Shown here: positions 61,807-64,000 of the stretch, one piece after another
How the letters are laid out: each line of letters begins with the position of its first letter
Position numbering within the stretch: the first letter of the stretch is position 1
Assembly (NCBI GenBank): GCA_021463485.1
Contig: JAJTYJ010000003.1
Location: 88,380 to 152,379 of the forward strand
From: a bacterium
GTDB lineage: Bacteria; Patescibacteriota; UBA1384; 2-12-FULL-50-11
Direction of reading: 5' to 3'
Length of the DNA stretch: 64,000 nt
Made by a program: the position numbers and the translations under genes
The notes under the pieces: model-generated
Seen by the model: only the letters and a program-made list of their open reading frames with translations
Told to the model about the DNA's origin: nothing
Database searches by the model: none

Positions 61807-63384
61807 TTACGGATTCACCGCTGCGGCCGGCTGTTGGACTGGAACAAGCAAAGTTTTTCCTGTCATCTCCGGCGATGGCGGTAACCCAAGAATATTTAGA
61901 ATAGTCGGCGCAACATCAGCCAAAGTACCGCCGTCACGTACTTGCAGACCAAGCGCCGCCTGACCGGTAATAAGAAACGGGACGGGGTTACTGGAATGCT
62001 CGGTGTCTGGTTCACCAGTTTTGGGATTAACCATCTGTTCGGCGTTGCCGTGATCGGCCGTAACGATAAGTAGGCCGTTAGTTTTTCTAATTTCCTCGTA
62101 AATTCTGGTAAGTCCGGCATCAACTGCTTCGCATGCTTTTATCGCTGCACGTAAATTGCCGGTGTGGCCAACCATATCTGGGCAGGCGTAATTAAGAATA
62201 ATAAAGTCGTAGTTATTGAGATTTTGCAGTACTGTGTCTGTAACCTCGACGCTTGCCATCTGCGGAATTTGGTCATAACTGGGTACTTTCGGCGACGGAA
62301 CAACGATCCGATCCTCGTTTTTATACGCTTCTTCGTGCCCGCCGTTAAAGAAGTAGGTAACGTGGGCGTATTTTTCCGACTCGGCGACGTGAAGCTGCTT
62401 TAAATTCGCAGTTGAGAGGATGTGTGAAAGCGGCTGGCTGACGTTTCGCGGTTTAAACGCGACTTCCATCGGTAGTCCTTCTTGATAATACGTAAAACCA
62501 ACGAAATAGAGGTTCTTACGCACAACTTTGCGGTTAAAGCCATCGAAATCTGGCTTAACAAATGTTTGGGTCAGCTCACGTGCTCGGTCGCCGCGGAAAT
62601 TAAAGAAGATAATTGAATCGCCATCTTGTATCGGCCGATAGCTGTTATTTGCGCCCTGGACAACCGTTGGCGGGATAAACTCGTCCGAATAACCGTCGCG
62701 ATAAGCAGCAGCCACCGCCGCTTCGGCCGTTGGCGCAACCGGACCAACACCTTCTGTCATAGCTCGGTAGGTTTTCTCGATGCGCTCCCAACGGTGATCG
62801 CGATCCATGGCATAGTACCGCCCAGAGACCGTGCAGATAGCCCCGAATCCAAGTTTAGATAAATACTCGTTAACTCTCGATAAATGACTCTCTGCGTCAA
62901 AGGGAGGGGTATCACGACCGTCGGTAATCGCGTGGATACAGACGTTTGGCATCTCCAACGTCTTTGCCATATTTAATAGGGCGTAGAGATGGTCGACGTG
63001 GCTATGAATACCGCCATCGCTCACTAAACCAACTATATGAACGTTTTTACCGTTCTTTTTTGCTTGGTTGAAAGCTGTAACAAGCGGCTCGCTTTTCAGA
63101 AACGAGCCGTCTTTAATTGCCGCCGTAATAACTGGTAGCGATTCTAAAACAATCTGTCCTGAACCTATATTCAAATGCCCAACCTCGGAGTTACCGCGCT
63201 CATTAACTGGTAGGCCTACCGCTTCACCAGAAGCCTGTAAGATTGTGTGAGGGTAAGATTTGGTTGCCATATTGAAAAACGGCGTCTTCGCTAACGAAAC
63301 CGCGTTGCCGCCCCAATTTGGAGCAACGCCCCATCCGTCGATCACGGCTAGTACGACTGGTTTCGGCCTACTGCTTTGCGGCAT
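61807..63384 (-). CDS. gpmI: 2,3-bisphosphoglycerate-independent phosphoglycerate mutase
   Basis: DGWG, GNSEVGH, GRYYAMDRD, DMVGHTG, TADHGNAE. Confidence 0.98.
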   Translation of the reverse strand: MPQSSRPKPVVLAVIDGWGVAPNWGGNAVSLAKTPFFNMATKSYPHTILQASGEAVGLPVNERGNSEVGHLNIGSGQIVLESLPVITAAIKDGSFLKSEPLVTAFNQAKKNGKNVHIVGLVSDGGIHSHVDHLYALLNMAKTLEMPNVCIHAITDGRDTPPFDAESHLSRVNEYLSKLGFGAICTVSGRYYAMDRDHRWERIEKTYRAMTEGVGPVAPTAEAAVAAAYRDGYSDEFIPPTVVQGANNSYRPIQDGDSIIFFNFRGDRARELTQTFVKPDFDGFNRKVVRKNLYFVGFTYYQEGLPMEVAFKPRNVSQPLSHILSTANLKQLHVAESEKYAHVTYFFNGGHEEAYKNEDRIVVPSPKVPSYDQIPQMASVEVTDTVLQNLNNYDFIILNYACPDMVGHTGNLRAAIKACEAVDAGLTRIYEEIRKTNGLLIVTADHGNAEQMVNPKTGEPDTEHSSNPVPFLITGQAALGLQVRDGGTLADVAPTILNILGLPPSPEMTGKTLLVPVQQPAAAVNP

Positions 63385-64000
63385 TGCCAGACAATTCTCG
63401 TTCTATCACTAATAACCTGCGATATTTACTCATTCGTTCCGGGTGAGAATCGTTCGGCGCCCCTGTTTTTATAAATTGAGCCCCAACTCCAACGGCAAAA
63501 TCTGCAATAAAATCATCGAGCGTCTCGCCGGAGCGGTGAGAGATAATATTGATGTAGCCGGCTTGGCGGGCGATATCAACAACTTCCATCGTCTCGGTGA
63601 CACTACCAATTTGATTAAGCTTAACTAATATAGCGTTAGCTGCGTTGGACTCGATACCTTTTTTGAGTCGATCCGGATTGGTAGCAAATACGTCGTCGCC
63701 AACAAGCATTAGTTTTTTCGTGCTCGGGTTTGATTGCTCCATCTCTTTATAAAACTCAGCCCACGAAGCCCAGTCGTCCTCCGGAAACGGATCTTCGATC
63801 GATAGAACTGGAAAATCTCTCAAAATGCCCAAGTACCGTTTTGGAGAAATCTCAAAAGTTGGCGGCAAACTCGAAGCAGCTACATCAAGCGCTAGCGATA
63901 CCTCATCCCAAGGCTTATACCCAGATTCTTTAATGGCTTTAACTAAGTAATCAAATGCCATCTCGTTTGTGTCTAAATTCGGTGCGTAACCGCCTTCGTC
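63368..64000 (-). CDS. eno: Enolase (5' part outside window)
   Basis: DEGGYAP, DVAAS, SIEDP, VGDD, KLNQIGS, SHRSGET, IKTG. Confidence 0.96.
   Translation of the reverse strand, partial: DEGGYAPNLDTNEMAFDYLVKAIKESGYKPWDEVSLALDVAASSLPPTFEISPKRYLGILRDFPVLSIEDPFPEDDWASWAEFYKEMEQSNPSTKKLMLVGDDVFATNPDRLKKGIESNAANAILVKLNQIGSVTETMEVVDIARQAGYINIISHRSGETLDDFIADFAVGVGAQFIKTGAPNDSHPERMSKYRRLLVIERELSGNAAKQ

Noticed and set aside
61639-61963. ORFs 61639-61884 and 61706-61963
   Set aside because: They overlap tRNA-Ala and the gpmI end on the opposite strand

Overview
Housekeeping-rich 64 kb window from a small-genome bacterium, most likely CPR/Patescibacteria (inference: no rpmD/L30 between rpsE and rplO, miniaturised IF2/PheRS/AspRS, many TAATG/ATGA overlaps, few Shine-Dalgarno sites; code 11). 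It holds uvrB (partial), a WcaJ-type sugar transferase and a GT4, gyrB-gyrA-infB, obgE, rpoBC, the str/S10/spc/alpha ribosomal cluster through rplM-rpsI, rbfA, pheST, aspS, a DacA-type carboxypeptidase, rnc-nusB-rpmF, leuS, a NOX/ferric-reductase-like oxidoreductase, tRNA-Ala(GGC), gpmI and eno (partial). Most notable: (1) a CdaA membrane anchor fused in frame to CdaR/YbbR with the cyclase domain missing; (2) a Nudix domain inserted in LeuRS; (3) PheRS lacking the B2 and B3/B4 editing domains and the alpha coiled-coil arm; (4) RNAP alpha without a CTD, alongside many apparently leaderless promoters; (5) a 5 kb accessory block splitting rpsJ from rplC, with a lone FabH-like enzyme, Cys-rich orphans and two candidate small RNAs; (6) a NOX-like gene bracketed by two coupled micro-membrane ORFs; (7) a possible tRNA-Ala-anchored island remnant with a HEPN-like gene; (8) natural resistance-type residues in GyrA and RpoB. 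No CRISPR array, transposase or rRNA was seen. All assignments come from motif recognition by eye; no searches were run.
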